Assembly (NCBI GenBank): GCA_963805625.1
Contig: CAWDVE010000026.1
Coordinates: 1 to 30,097, forward strand
From: an uncultured Candidatus Rokubacteria bacterium
GTDB lineage: Bacteria > Methylomirabilota > Methylomirabilia > Rokubacteriales > DASRDR01
Direction: 5' to 3'
Length of the DNA: 30,097 nt
Part shown: positions 7,029 through 16,266 of the stretch, piece after piece
Layout: each line of letters begins with the position of its first letter
How positions within the stretch are numbered: the stretch's first letter is position 1
Position numbers and translations under genes: made by a program
Notes under the pieces: generated by a model
What the model was told of the DNA's origin: nothing
Seen by the model: only the letters and a program-made list of their open reading frames with translations
Database searches by the model: none

Positions 7029-9109
7029 GCGATCTGATCCGCCGGATCCCGTGGCCCGGTCGCGACGATCCCGAGCGGGGCCGGTCGGCGACTCGCGAAT
7101 GGTTGGTCACGAATGGGCTCGGCGGCTACGCGTCTGGCACGGTGTCCACACTGATGACGCGGCGCTACCACGGGCTCCTGATCGCCGCCCTTCCGGCGCC
7201 GCTCGGCCGGATGAACATGCTGAGCCACCTGCACGAGCGGCTCGACCTGCCGGACGGCGGCGTCGCCGCCACGACCGTTGGCTGGGAGGCCACCGGGGCC
7301 GGAAAGCCCGCGGAGGTGCTGGATCTTGCCGAGTTCCGTCTCGAGCTGGGCCTGCCCGTGTGGCGGTACGAGCTTGGTCAGCTCGTCCTGGAGAAGCGCC
7401 TACTCGTTCCGTACCGCCAGAACACTGTCCACGTCAGCTATCGACTCGTCTCGGCCCCGGGGCCGGTCAGTCTTCAGGTGCGACCGGCCGTCCACTTCCG
7501 CCCGCACGAACGCCCGGTGAGCGATCCCCTCACCGGTCCCTATGGCCTCACGGTCCTGGGGGACCGTTACGAGCTGTTCGGGAGCCCGGAGTTCCCGCGG
7601 CTGCGCCTCCGGACACACGGCCCGCCGGCCGCCTTCCGCGTCTCGGGTCACACGATCCAGCATGTCCTGTATCCCTCGGAGCGGAGTCGCGGATACGAGG
7701 CGACCGGCGACCTCTGGAGTCCGGGCTACTTCCGCATGACACTCGAGCCGGAGGGCACGGGCACGATCGTTGCCTCGACCGAGCCCTGGGAGGCCATCGA
7801 CGCGCTCGATCCGGAGACCGCGTTGCGGGCCGAACAGGTGCGTCGGCGGCGACTCCTCTCGGCCGCCCATCCCCGGGCCCGCACCGGGCCCGCGGCCGAG
7901 CTCGTGCTGGCTGCCGACCAGTTCGTGGTGACGCCGGCAGGTCGCGTGGCCGACACCGCGCTCATCCGGGCCACGGGGGACGAGGCGCGCACGATCATCG
8001 CCGGCTATCACTGGTTCACCGACTGGGGCCGCGACACCATGATCGATCTCGAAGGGCTGACCCTGCTGACGGGCCGCCACGTGGAGGCCGGCTACATCCT
8101 TCGTACCTTCGCCCACTACGTGCGGGACGGCCTCATTCCCAACATGTTCCCCGAGGGCACCCGCGAGGGCCTCTACCACACGGCCGACGCCAGCCTCTGG
8201 TATTTCCACGCTATCGACCGCTATGTCCGGGCGACGGGGGATCGCGAGACGCTCCGTCTCCTCCTGCCCACGCTTCTCTCGATCGTCGACCACCACGTGC
8301 GGGGCACGCGGTTCGGCATCGGAATCGATCCGACGGACGGCCTCCTGCGCCAGGGCGCGGCCGGGTACCAGCTCACGTGGATGGACGCCAAAGTCGAGGA
8401 CTGGGTGGTGACGCCGCGACGCGGCAAGGCGGTCGAGATCAACGCGCTCTGGTACAACGCCCTCCGGCTCCTCGAGGGGTGGATGCGCGAGGAGCAGGGC
8501 GACGACACGGCGGGGCCGCTGTCGACCCGCGCGGACCAGGTCCGCACGGCGTTCAACGCTCGCTTCTGGTACGCCGACGGCGGCTACCTCTACGACGTGA
8601 TCGATGGCGAGAGCGGTGACGATCCCGCCTGTCGGCCCAACCAGCTTCTCGCCATCTCACTCTCTCATCCCGTCCTGGCCGAGACGCGCTGGGCGTCGGT
8701 CCTGGCGGTGGTCCGGGAGCGCCTGGTCACGCCACTGGGGCTACGCACCCTGGCCCCGGGCCATCCCGACTACAAGGCGACGTACGACGGAGATCTCCGG
8801 GCTCGCGATGCTGCCTACCACCAGGGCACGGTGTGGCCCTGGCTTATCGGCCCCTTCGTCGACGCGTGGCTCCGGGCTCACCCCGAGGACCGCGCGCACA
8901 CCCGCCAGCTCCTGGATCGCCTCTGGTCCCATCTCGACGAGGCGTGCGTCGGGAGCATCAGCGAGATCTTCGATGCAGAACCTCCGTTCACGCCCCGCGG
9001 GTGCATCGCGCAGGGCTGGAGCGTGGCCGAGGTGCTCCGCGCCGTGATCCTGGCTGCGGAGCCAGGGCCGCCGGAATCGACCCCTCCCCGACAGGAAGGA
9101 CGACCATGA
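7025..9109 (+). CDS. Glycogen debranching enzyme / amylo-alpha-1,6-glucosidase (GDE_N + GDE_C)
   Basis: ATGA overlap with the treZ stop; 'REWLVTNGLGGYASGT...TRRYHGLL', 'IIAGYHWFTDWGRDTMI', 'QLTWMDAK', 'AVEINALWYNAL', 'YHQGTVWPW', 'ISEIFD'. Confidence 0.92.
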   Translation: MSDLIRRIPWPGRDDPERGRSATREWLVTNGLGGYASGTVSTLMTRRYHGLLIAALPAPLGRMNMLSHLHERLDLPDGGVAATTVGWEATGAGKPAEVLDLAEFRLELGLPVWRYELGQLVLEKRLLVPYRQNTVHVSYRLVSAPGPVSLQVRPAVHFRPHERPVSDPLTGPYGLTVLGDRYELFGSPEFPRLRLRTHGPPAAFRVSGHTIQHVLYPSERSRGYEATGDLWSPGYFRMTLEPEGTGTIVASTEPWEAIDALDPETALRAEQVRRRRLLSAAHPRARTGPAAELVLAADQFVVTPAGRVADTALIRATGDEARTIIAGYHWFTDWGRDTMIDLEGLTLLTGRHVEAGYILRTFAHYVRDGLIPNMFPEGTREGLYHTADASLWYFHAIDRYVRATGDRETLRLLLPTLLSIVDHHVRGTRFGIGIDPTDGLLRQGAAGYQLTWMDAKVEDWVVTPRRGKAVEINALWYNALRLLEGWMREEQGDDTAGPLSTRADQVRTAFNARFWYADGGYLYDVIDGESGDDPACRPNQLLAISLSHPVLAETRWASVLAVVRERLVTPLGLRTLAPGHPDYKATYDGDLRARDAAYHQGTVWPWLIGPFVDAWLRAHPEDRAHTRQLLDRLWSHLDEACVGSISEIFDAEPPFTPRGCIAQGWSVAEVLRAVILAAEPGPPESTPPRQEGRP

Positions 9110-9483
9110 CTCAGACGACGGCGCGCGCATTCGGCGTCGTGTTCCTGCTGGTCGGGGTCCTCGGCCTCGTCACGACCCCGTTCTCGATGACCAGCGAGCT
9201 CCTCCTCCGCCTCTTCCCCGTCAACGTGCTACACAACCTCGTGCACCTGGCGTTCGGCGGGTGGGGACTGGTCGCGAGCGGCACTCCGAACAGGGCAACC
9301 GCGTACTGCCGGATCGGCGGGATCGCGTACCTCACGCTGGCCGTGGTGGGGGTCCTGACGCCGACGGGGTTCGACCTCGTCCCTCTCGGCGGCCACGACA
9401 TCTGGCTCCACGCGGTCCTCGGCGGCGTCCTGGCGGCCGTCGGCTTCCTGGCCCGGCCCAGTCCGGCCCCGAGTCGGCGCTGA
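9106..9483 (+). CDS. DUF4383-like membrane protein
   Basis: ATGA overlap; four hydrophobic segments; 'FPVNVLHNLVHL' and 'DIWLH' motifs. Confidence 0.75.
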   Translation: MTQTTARAFGVVFLLVGVLGLVTTPFSMTSELLLRLFPVNVLHNLVHLAFGGWGLVASGTPNRATAYCRIGGIAYLTLAVVGVLTPTGFDLVPLGGHDIWLHAVLGGVLAAVGFLARPSPAPSRR

Positions 9484-9640
9484 GCGAAGGGCATCGGGGA
9501 CCCCTCCTCGGCCCCGTGCCGTCTCGGGTCCGGTCCCGGCCCGAGAGCGGACGGCGCGCGCCGGCCCGAGACGTCGCGGCCGGGGCGTCAGACGTTGGCG
9601 CGCGGACGCGGAATTCGCCTGCCGTCGGGACGCGCCCTCC

Positions 9641-9961
9641 GCGGGCGCCGAGGTGCGGACCACCGCCGGGAGGGTCCAGTCCCTCAACCATCTCGCGCAG
9701 TGGACGCCCGACGTGCTAGTGTCCGACACATCGGGATGCCGGTAGAGGACAACCATGCGCTCATCCAGCGCGTTCGGACCCTGCCCCGCGATCGAGGGCG
9801 GCCGTGTGCCCGCGGTGGCGCTGACGGCCGACGTCAAGCCGGAGGATCGGATGCGGGCCCTGGCGGCCGGTTCCTACCACGTCCCGAAACCGGTGGACCC
9901 CGACGCGCTCGCCCTGGTCATCGCGCGCCGGGCGGGCCTGATCCGGCCCCCTGTCTCATGA
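9641..9961 (+). pseudogene. Frameshifted receiver-domain remnant
   Basis: Pieces in three frames: AGAEVRT..HLAQWTPDVLVSD / IGMPVEDNHALIQRVRTLP / EGGRVPAVALTA..EDRMRALAAG..HVPKPVDPD. Confidence 0.75.
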
Positions 9962-11268
9962 CAGGCTCCGGCTCGGTGACGCCCCCCGGTTTCCTCCCGG
10001 TAACCGGCGAGCCCCTGCTGATCATCGACAACGACGAGGGTCTCCTGGAGCTCCTGTCCTTCGTCTTCAGGAGCCGCGGCTTCACGGTCCTCACCGCCCA
10101 GCAGGGCACCGAGGGGATCGCGCTCGCGCAAGCCCACCGCCCCGGGGTCATCATCTGCGACATCATCATGGACGACATACACGGCTTCGAGGTGCTCCGG
10201 AGCCTGCGCGCGGATCCGAAGCTGACCGACACGGTCGTGGTCATGATCTCGGCAAAGTCGTACAAGCCCGACATCGACCGCGCGAGGGAGATGGGCGCCG
10301 ACGACTACGTGGTGAAGCCCTTCCACCCCGATGAGCTCGTGTCCCGCGTGGAGCGCCTGCGGGCCGACCGGGCCACCCCGCGGCTCACCGCGAGGTTCTG
10401 GGGCACCCGCGGATCGATCGCGGCCCCCGGACCCTCTACGACGCTCTACGGCGGCAACACGGCGTGCGTCGAGCTCCGGTCCGGACAGAACATTCTGATC
10501 TTCGACGCCGGGACCGGGATTCGCGAGCTGGGCCTCGCCCTCGCCCAGGAGTTCCGAGGGCGAGCTCTCACGATCCACCTGTTCATCAGCCACACACACT
10601 GGGACCACATCCAGGGCTTCCCGTTCTTTGTGCCTGCCTACTCACCCGGCACGACGCTCCACATCTACGGCTCAACCGGCCGGGGCCAGTCGCTAAAGGG
10701 GGTCCTCAGCGGTCAGATGCAGTCTGACTATTTCCCCGTCTCGCTCGGCGATCTGATCTCGTCGATTCACGTTCACGAGTACCGCGGCGAGCCCTTCCGG
10801 ATCGGTGACACCACCGTCTCGGCAACATACCTGAACCACCCGGGCATGGCCCTCGGCTTCCGCGTGGAGCGCGCCGGCAAGTCCGTCGTGTACGCGACCG
10901 ACCACGAGCCGTACCGGACGACCCTCGAAGTGGGCAGCCGCGAGGCCGAGGCCGGCAAGCAGTTCGGCCGAGTGCTCGACGACGCCTTCGTCGGCTTCGT
11001 GAAGGGCACCGACCTCTACATCGCGGAAGCCCAGTACACCGACCTCGAGTATCCCTCCAAGGTCGGCTGGGGCCACTCGTCCCTCAGCGCCACCGTCGAG
11101 GTCGCCCTCCAGGGGGGCGTCAAGGCCCTCGCCCTCTTCCACCACGATCCCATGCATTCCGACGACGTGGTGACGGGCATGGAAGTCCTGGCAAAGGAAC
11201 TCATCGCCGAGCGTGGCGTCTCCCTCTCGTGCTTCGCTGCTCGCGAGGGGCAGACGGTGGAGGTCTGA
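9958..11268 (+). CDS. Response regulator receiver fused to an MBL-fold metallohydrolase (phosphodiesterase-like)
   Basis: REC 'LIIDND..ICDIIM..MISA..GADDYVVKPF'; MBL 'FWGTRGSI..YGGNTAC..FDAGTG..SHTHWDHIQG..LNHPG..TDHE..WGHS..FHHDP'; start approximate. Confidence 0.88.
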   Translation: MTGSGSVTPPGFLPVTGEPLLIIDNDEGLLELLSFVFRSRGFTVLTAQQGTEGIALAQAHRPGVIICDIIMDDIHGFEVLRSLRADPKLTDTVVVMISAKSYKPDIDRAREMGADDYVVKPFHPDELVSRVERLRADRATPRLTARFWGTRGSIAAPGPSTTLYGGNTACVELRSGQNILIFDAGTGIRELGLALAQEFRGRALTIHLFISHTHWDHIQGFPFFVPAYSPGTTLHIYGSTGRGQSLKGVLSGQMQSDYFPVSLGDLISSIHVHEYRGEPFRIGDTTVSATYLNHPGMALGFRVERAGKSVVYATDHEPYRTTLEVGSREAEAGKQFGRVLDDAFVGFVKGTDLYIAEAQYTDLEYPSKVGWGHSSLSATVEVALQGGVKALALFHHDPMHSDDVVTGMEVLAKELIAERGVSLSCFAAREGQTVEV

Positions 11269-11335
11269 CCGCGACCGGCACAGCGTCGTCGCCGGGCCCA
11301 GGGCCGAGCGACGACGCTCCTGGCGGACTTCCGTC

Positions 11336-11725
11336 TCAGATGTGCAGGCGTGACGTCTCGGGAATCGGCAGCCCGGCGCCGGGCTCCTCCGTGAGGTCCG
11401 CGTCATCCTCCGTCGCGTTCGGCTCCGCGCCGGGATCGATCTCATCTACCTGGCCCGGATCCTCGTCGGTCGCCAGGATCTGGATCGCCACCTCGTTCCC
11501 CGAGATCTGAGCATCGCGAAGCTGGAACCAGGCGAAGCCCATGGCCGAGGCGCCGCGCACGGCCTTGTCGATCGCCGCGGTCACCGCCGTCTTGACGGAT
11601 TCCTCGGAGCGATCCGCCAGCGGCGCTGTCGTCTCGATCAGAGCTCCACCCGCCATTGCCAGGGGTTGACCGGAGCTCACGAGCAGTCCGAGCGCCAGCA
11701 TGGCGCCAACGAGGGTGCGTATCAT
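11336..11725 (-). CDS. Hypothetical secreted protein with an acidic tail
   Basis: Signal peptide; RBS AGGCGG; own promoter-like motif and UAS upstream. Confidence 0.65.
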   Translation of the reverse strand: MIRTLVGAMLALGLLVSSGQPLAMAGGALIETTAPLADRSEESVKTAVTAAIDKAVRGASAMGFAWFQLRDAQISGNEVAIQILATDEDPGQVDEIDPGAEPNATEDDADLTEEPGAGLPIPETSRLHI

Positions 11726-11767
11726 GGTCTGTACCGCCTGTCTCTGGGAGCCGTCTTACCGCGAGTC

Positions 11768-11782
11768 ACACGCTTCATGCCG
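11768..11782 (-). promoter_or_regulatory. Variant sigma54 promoter (GG-N10-GT)
   Basis: Minus strand CGGCATGAAGCGTGT; the -12 element is imperfect but the UAS lies 92 nt upstream. Confidence 0.5.
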
Positions 11783-11874
11783 AGTCTCCCCGCGGCGAAG
11801 GAACGGGAATTCGTCCGGAAACAGGTTCGAATCGGCGGAGCGCCGCACCTCGCGCGCTCAGTGACGACTACGCG

Positions 11875-11898
11875 TGTCGCCACCGCGACAGGGTGTCG
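11875..11898. promoter_or_regulatory. UAS (core 11875-11890)
   Basis: TGTCG ccaccg CGACA ggg TGTCG. Confidence 0.7.
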
Positions 11899-11908
11899 TG
11901 TCTGGCGG

Positions 11909-13591
11909 TCAGCCGGCTGATGCCGAGCTGGAGCTCGCGGACTGGTAGCGGATGAACAGGTCGTAGAGCTGGAGCGGATGATCGATCGAGGCCGGGACGC
12001 GGGCCTCGGAGGGCGCCACGATGAAGGTATGGAGCTCCTCAGGCGACGGTCCTCCGTGGGCGCCGACCTCGTGGATGAAGGACACGTGACCCTCGGGCGC
12101 GTCGATACCGTAGACGACGAGGTCACCGGCGCTCGGCATGGCCATCAGGGTTGTCAGGCCCCGCAGAACGACCGCTCGATCCTCTCGCTCCCCGAACGGG
12201 CCTCCCTCGAAATCCGCGAGGCGATGGCCTTCCCCGCGCCAGAAGCAGACCGGACCGTCCTTGGCGCGTGCCAGGACGAAACCCACGCCGGGGCTCTTCG
12301 AGAGCATGGCCGGTAGACCAGGCCAGCGTGCCTCGATCGCCTCGAGTGGCACGGCCTCCGGGGTGTCCACGAAGTACACGAACGCATTCGGGCCGGCCGA
12401 GACCACGCGGATCTCGTCGCGCTCCCACGCCTCGTGGATGTCGAGGTAGGGCTCGAAGCCGAGCTCGACGTGGCCACCGCCGCGGGACGGCGGCTCTAGC
12501 TTCCCGGCTTCCATGGTGTCCGCGGCATGGGCGGCTGGCGCCGCGACCGAGGGCGCGGGCGAAACCTGACCCTGTCCGGCGACGCACACGTCCGTGAGGA
12601 CTTCGTCGAAGAACGCGCGCTCGAACGGCCGGCCGCCCGTCATCGCCACATAGGGCGTGCAGGACGCCTGGCCGTGATCCGCCAGAACGTAGAGGTCGTA
12701 GCGGTGCTCGGGCACTCGACGGAGCGCACGGCGGATCTGTCTGAGCGATCGGTCGACCGCGCGGAGTCCCGCGAAGGCCTGGCGGCTCCGGGGCCCGAAC
12801 GCGTGGGCCGCCTCGTCGTGATCGAGATAGTTGACATAGATCGCCGGCACGCCGTCGTAGACGTCGCGGGCGACCGCGAACGTGAACCACTGGCGCGTCC
12901 ACACCGACACGCCAACCTTCTTCTTGAACCATCGCCACGCCGATTCGCGCTGGCTCGGGCGCATCGCCCGGCGCCCGAGCGCCCGGACGAGCTCGCTGCC
13001 GGTGAGCGCCGCGCACTTGGCCCCCACCCAGGCCACCAGCACAAACGCCGAGAGGACCCGGAGGAGACCCGGCATCCGCGGGCGTGAGAGCCGGGCGAAG
13101 CTGAAGAGGTCGTGCTCCGCCCCCCCGGTGAACGCGCATCCGTAGACGCTGCCCCCCTGCAGGATGCCCGGGCGGTTCGCGGCCTGGCTCGCCTCGACGA
13201 ACGCCGCGTGGCCGGCGCGCGGAAAGTGAATGTCGGTCCGCCGCCGCTTGTCGTGGTAGTGGAATCCGGGAATGTCCGGCTGGACGCCGTACATCGTCGC
13301 CATGTGGAAGGCCGGCGTGGACGTCGGAATCCCCACGGTCATCGGCGACAGGCGATGCCCGTCCCGGCCGACAAGGCGCCGGAGGACGGGCATGTGCCCC
13401 CCGGCGAGCGCCTGCTCGAGGACGGCGCGTGAGAGTCCGTCGATCTGGACGATCAGGAGGCGCCGCCGACCAGCCACGGGCGGGGCGCCCAGCCGGAGAC
13501 GCCGGATGATCCGGTCGATCGCCGCCTGGGCGCGGAGAAACAAGTCGTCGAAAGTCATCCGCGGCAGCCCGACGCGCCAATCATCGGTCAC
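11909..13591 (-). CDS. Alkaline phosphatase superfamily / type I phosphodiesterase-nucleotide pyrophosphatase
   Basis: 'IVQIDGLS', 'PTSTPA', 'DHDEAAHAFGP', 'LADHGQ', 'AHGG'; start is GTG 13591 or ATG 13558. Confidence 0.8.
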   Translation of the reverse strand: MTDDWRVGLPRMTFDDLFLRAQAAIDRIIRRLRLGAPPVAGRRRLLIVQIDGLSRAVLEQALAGGHMPVLRRLVGRDGHRLSPMTVGIPTSTPAFHMATMYGVQPDIPGFHYHDKRRRTDIHFPRAGHAAFVEASQAANRPGILQGGSVYGCAFTGGAEHDLFSFARLSRPRMPGLLRVLSAFVLVAWVGAKCAALTGSELVRALGRRAMRPSQRESAWRWFKKKVGVSVWTRQWFTFAVARDVYDGVPAIYVNYLDHDEAAHAFGPRSRQAFAGLRAVDRSLRQIRRALRRVPEHRYDLYVLADHGQASCTPYVAMTGGRPFERAFFDEVLTDVCVAGQGQVSPAPSVAAPAAHAADTMEAGKLEPPSRGGGHVELGFEPYLDIHEAWERDEIRVVSAGPNAFVYFVDTPEAVPLEAIEARWPGLPAMLSKSPGVGFVLARAKDGPVCFWRGEGHRLADFEGGPFGEREDRAVVLRGLTTLMAMPSAGDLVVYGIDAPEGHVSFIHEVGAHGGPSPEELHTFIVAPSEARVPASIDHPLQLYDLFIRYQSASSSSASAG

Positions 13592-15941
13592 TCAGACCCG
13601 GCATCGACAGCGACAGATGGCCGGGTGCTCCGGCCTGTGCCACGAGCCCGCAGGGAACGTCGGGCTCGGTCGAAGGCAGGAAGGCCTCTTGGAACGGGCT
13701 GCCGCAGACCTGTCGGAAGACCATGTTGGGCGGCACAGCAAACTCCCCCGGATCCTCGAGCGCAGCGGCCGCTCGCATGAAGTCGGTCCAGATCGGGAGC
13801 GCAGCGCGCGCACCCGATAGCCCGAGCGGTGTGCCGTCGTCGAACCCGATCCAGACGACTGCAACCAACCGCGGCGAGTAGCCGGCAAACCAGGCATCGC
13901 GCGTGTCGTTCGTGGTTCCGGTCTTGCCCGCAGCGGCACCGCCGAGCCCGAGCGCCCGGGCCGCGGCGCCCGTGCCGCGGTCCACCACTCCGCGCAGGAG
14001 GTACGTGATGAGATAGGCCTCCTCGGGGGAGACGGACGACACCCCGCCACGCACCCCACGAGCTCCACGCGTCGGCAAGGCTTCGGCGCGCCTTCCGACC
14101 GTCCGCACGCCGAGCGGCCTCACGGGCCTGCCGCCGTTCGCGAGGGTCGCATACGCCGCCGCGAGCTCGAGCGGCGTCACCTCGAAGCTCCCCAGCGCCA
14201 GGGCGGGAACGGCCGTCATCCGGCTCGTGAACCCGACGTCGCGCGCCGTCCGGACGACATCGCCGAGTCCGGCCGCTCGGGCGATGCGGACGGCCGCCGC
14301 GTTGGACGAGCGCTCGAGGGCCTGCCGGACGGTGATCAGGCCCTCGAATCGATCCTCGTAATTGCGGGGCGCCCATGCCTCATGCCGGGTCTCCACCTCG
14401 ATGGGGAGGTCCTCGACGAGCGAAACGGGCGTCACCACGGGCGGCTGACCAATCGCTCCGCGTCGCAGGGCGGCCAGAAAGACGAACGGCTTGAACGCGG
14501 ATCCCGGCTGCCGGTGGGCATGGGTCACGCGATTGAACGCGGAGGTCTCGTAGTCTCGGCCTCCCACAAGGGCTCGGATCTCTCCCGTGGCCGGGTCAAG
14601 GACAACCAAGGCGGCCTGGATTCTTTCCCCGGACGGTGAGCGCCGGAGATTTCGGTGCGCACTCTCCAGGCGGTCAAGCCCGCGGGCGACGGCGGCCTCT
14701 GCCGCGCGCTGGAGTCCCGGTTCGAGCGTCGTGTAGACTCGAGGATCTTCCCCGCCCGGACGCGCGGGGGTCGCCGCGCGCACGAAGTCGAGGAAGTAGG
14801 GAGCCGAGGACGGAAGGCCCGCTCCGGCGCGCACGCCCGTACGCTCGGCCAGAGCTGCCGCGAGCGCCGGCCGGTCGATCATGCCGAGCTCGTGCATCCG
14901 CCGCAGCACTGCGTCGCGCCGCCGCTGCGCGCGCTCCGGGTGCTCGGCCGGTGAGTAGCGATTGGGTGCCCGGATCATGCCGGCGAGAAGCGCGCTCTCC
15001 GCGAGACTAAGACGCCCCGCATCCTTGCCCCAGTAGCTCTGGGCCGCGGCCCCCACCCCGAGAATCGCGGCCCGACCTCGTTGGCCAAGGTAGACGGTGT
15101 TGAGGTAAGCCTCGAGGATCTTCCCCTTCGGATACCGGCGCTCGAGCGCCAGAGCGAGCGCGCCCTCACGGACCTTCCGGCTCCAGGTCCGCTCCGGTCC
15201 CAGGGCGAGATTTTTCACGAGTTGCTGCGTCAGCGTGCTCGCCCCCTGCGCAATCTCGCCTCGGGACGCGTTCACGACAGTCGCGCGACCCACAGCTAGG
15301 AAATCGAGGCCTCCGTGATCGAAGAACCGATGGTCCTCGGCGGCGAGGACCGCCGCCGGAATGAATCGCGACATGTCGGCCAGCGCCAGTGGGCGCCGGC
15401 GCTCGAGACCGGTCTCCCCGACTCCGGTGAGCAGCTCGGGCTCCAGCTCTGCGCTGATCAGGTCCGGGGCGCCAGACAGGTCCGTTACCTCGACGATCCG
15501 GAGACCCCGTACGTCCAGACGAACGCGCATGGCGGGCCGGGATACGTCCTCCCGAGCTCGGAGATGGATCTCCCACCGGCCGGCGGTGCGGCGGAACTCA
15601 CCGGGTTGCGACGGGGCATTCGAGACTTCCCGGTAGCGGAGGCGGTCGAGGCTCTCCCCGACCGCCTGAATCGCGACGCCCGGTCGGAGCGCGCGGCCGG
15701 TGGCAAACACGAGCGGCGTTTGCTGGACGGCGTCAAGGTCCAGGCGGGCGGCCGTCGTCCCCGCCCAGACGGCAAACCCCGCCACGGTTAAGATCACTCC
15801 GGCCATTGCCAGCCGGGCGCCGACACGGACCCATCGAGGAGCGTGCCGCCAGACGTCTCGCCCCGCGCGCTCCGTTCGGGAGACGCGGCGACGAACCGCC
15901 GCTCCGCCCGCTGGCCTCCGCGGCTGGTCTATCGATCCCAT
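13581..15941 (-). CDS. mrcB: Class A penicillin-binding protein, PBP1B-like (transglycosylase + transpeptidase)
   Basis: N-terminal TM; UB2H-like 'LRYREV...PGEF'; GT motifs EDHRFFDHGG, GASTLTQQLVKN, RKVRE, YLN; TP motifs SAFK, SSN, KTGT. Confidence 0.88.
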   Translation of the reverse strand: MGSIDQPRRPAGGAAVRRRVSRTERAGRDVWRHAPRWVRVGARLAMAGVILTVAGFAVWAGTTAARLDLDAVQQTPLVFATGRALRPGVAIQAVGESLDRLRYREVSNAPSQPGEFRRTAGRWEIHLRAREDVSRPAMRVRLDVRGLRIVEVTDLSGAPDLISAELEPELLTGVGETGLERRRPLALADMSRFIPAAVLAAEDHRFFDHGGLDFLAVGRATVVNASRGEIAQGASTLTQQLVKNLALGPERTWSRKVREGALALALERRYPKGKILEAYLNTVYLGQRGRAAILGVGAAAQSYWGKDAGRLSLAESALLAGMIRAPNRYSPAEHPERAQRRRDAVLRRMHELGMIDRPALAAALAERTGVRAGAGLPSSAPYFLDFVRAATPARPGGEDPRVYTTLEPGLQRAAEAAVARGLDRLESAHRNLRRSPSGERIQAALVVLDPATGEIRALVGGRDYETSAFNRVTHAHRQPGSAFKPFVFLAALRRGAIGQPPVVTPVSLVEDLPIEVETRHEAWAPRNYEDRFEGLITVRQALERSSNAAAVRIARAAGLGDVVRTARDVGFTSRMTAVPALALGSFEVTPLELAAAYATLANGGRPVRPLGVRTVGRRAEALPTRGARGVRGGVSSVSPEEAYLITYLLRGVVDRGTGAAARALGLGGAAAGKTGTTNDTRDAWFAGYSPRLVAVVWIGFDDGTPLGLSGARAALPIWTDFMRAAAALEDPGEFAVPPNMVFRQVCGSPFQEAFLPSTEPDVPCGLVAQAGAPGHLSLSMPGLSDR

Positions 15942-15953
15942 CGTGATCCCGAC

Positions 15954-16031
15954 CTAGACGATCCCGAACAGCCAGAGGATGACGATCAGAAACACGGGAA
16001 CTCCGAGCAAGTAGAGAATCCCTGCACGCAT
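15954..16031 (-). CDS. 25-aa hydrophobic micro-protein
   Basis: MRAGILYLLGVPVFLIVILWLFGIV*; RBS GAGGAGG; paralog of 3492-3566. Confidence 0.72.
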   Translation of the reverse strand: MRAGILYLLGVPVFLIVILWLFGIV

Positions 16032-16072
16032 TCCGAACACCTCCTCTCGCGATGTGGTGCTGATGCACACAG

Positions 16073-16087
16073 GCAATCTCTGTGCCG
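16073..16087 (-). promoter_or_regulatory. Sigma54 promoter for the micro-protein / PBP / phosphatase operon
   Basis: Minus strand CGGCACAGAGATTGC. Confidence 0.8.
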
Positions 16088-16161
16088 ACCCCGAGCGCCG
16101 ACGGGCCTTTCGAATGTCGGCCGTATCGATGTGCACGGGTGACGAACCGACAGGACGGTCA

Positions 16162-16193
16162 CGCCATGGTGTCGCCGCCGCGACACCAGGACG
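16162..16193. promoter_or_regulatory. UAS between divergent promoters (core 16170-16185)
   Basis: CGCCA tgg TGTCG ccgccg CGACA cca GGACG. Confidence 0.75.
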
Positions 16194-16237
16194 CGCGCCC
16201 ACGCGCTCCAAACGCGTTCTGCGCGTTCGGGTGATGA

Positions 16238-16252
16238 CGGCATGGGTTTCGC
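16238..16252 (+). promoter_or_regulatory. Sigma54 promoter for the AI-2E gene
   Basis: CGGCATGGGTTTCGC (GG-N10-GC). Confidence 0.55.
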
Positions 16253-16266
16253 ACCGGGACACTCAG

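Noticed and set aside
6679-8619. 646-aa ORF, and similar long ORFs at 12123-13580, 17935-19059, 20228-21475 and 26982-28610
   Set aside because: Alternative-frame or antisense shadows of well-supported genes; stop-poor because of high GC and without protein motifs
9595-9957. N-terminal extension of the REC-MBL ORF
   Set aside because: Passes through the frameshifted receiver pseudogene; only a short piece is genuinely protein-like
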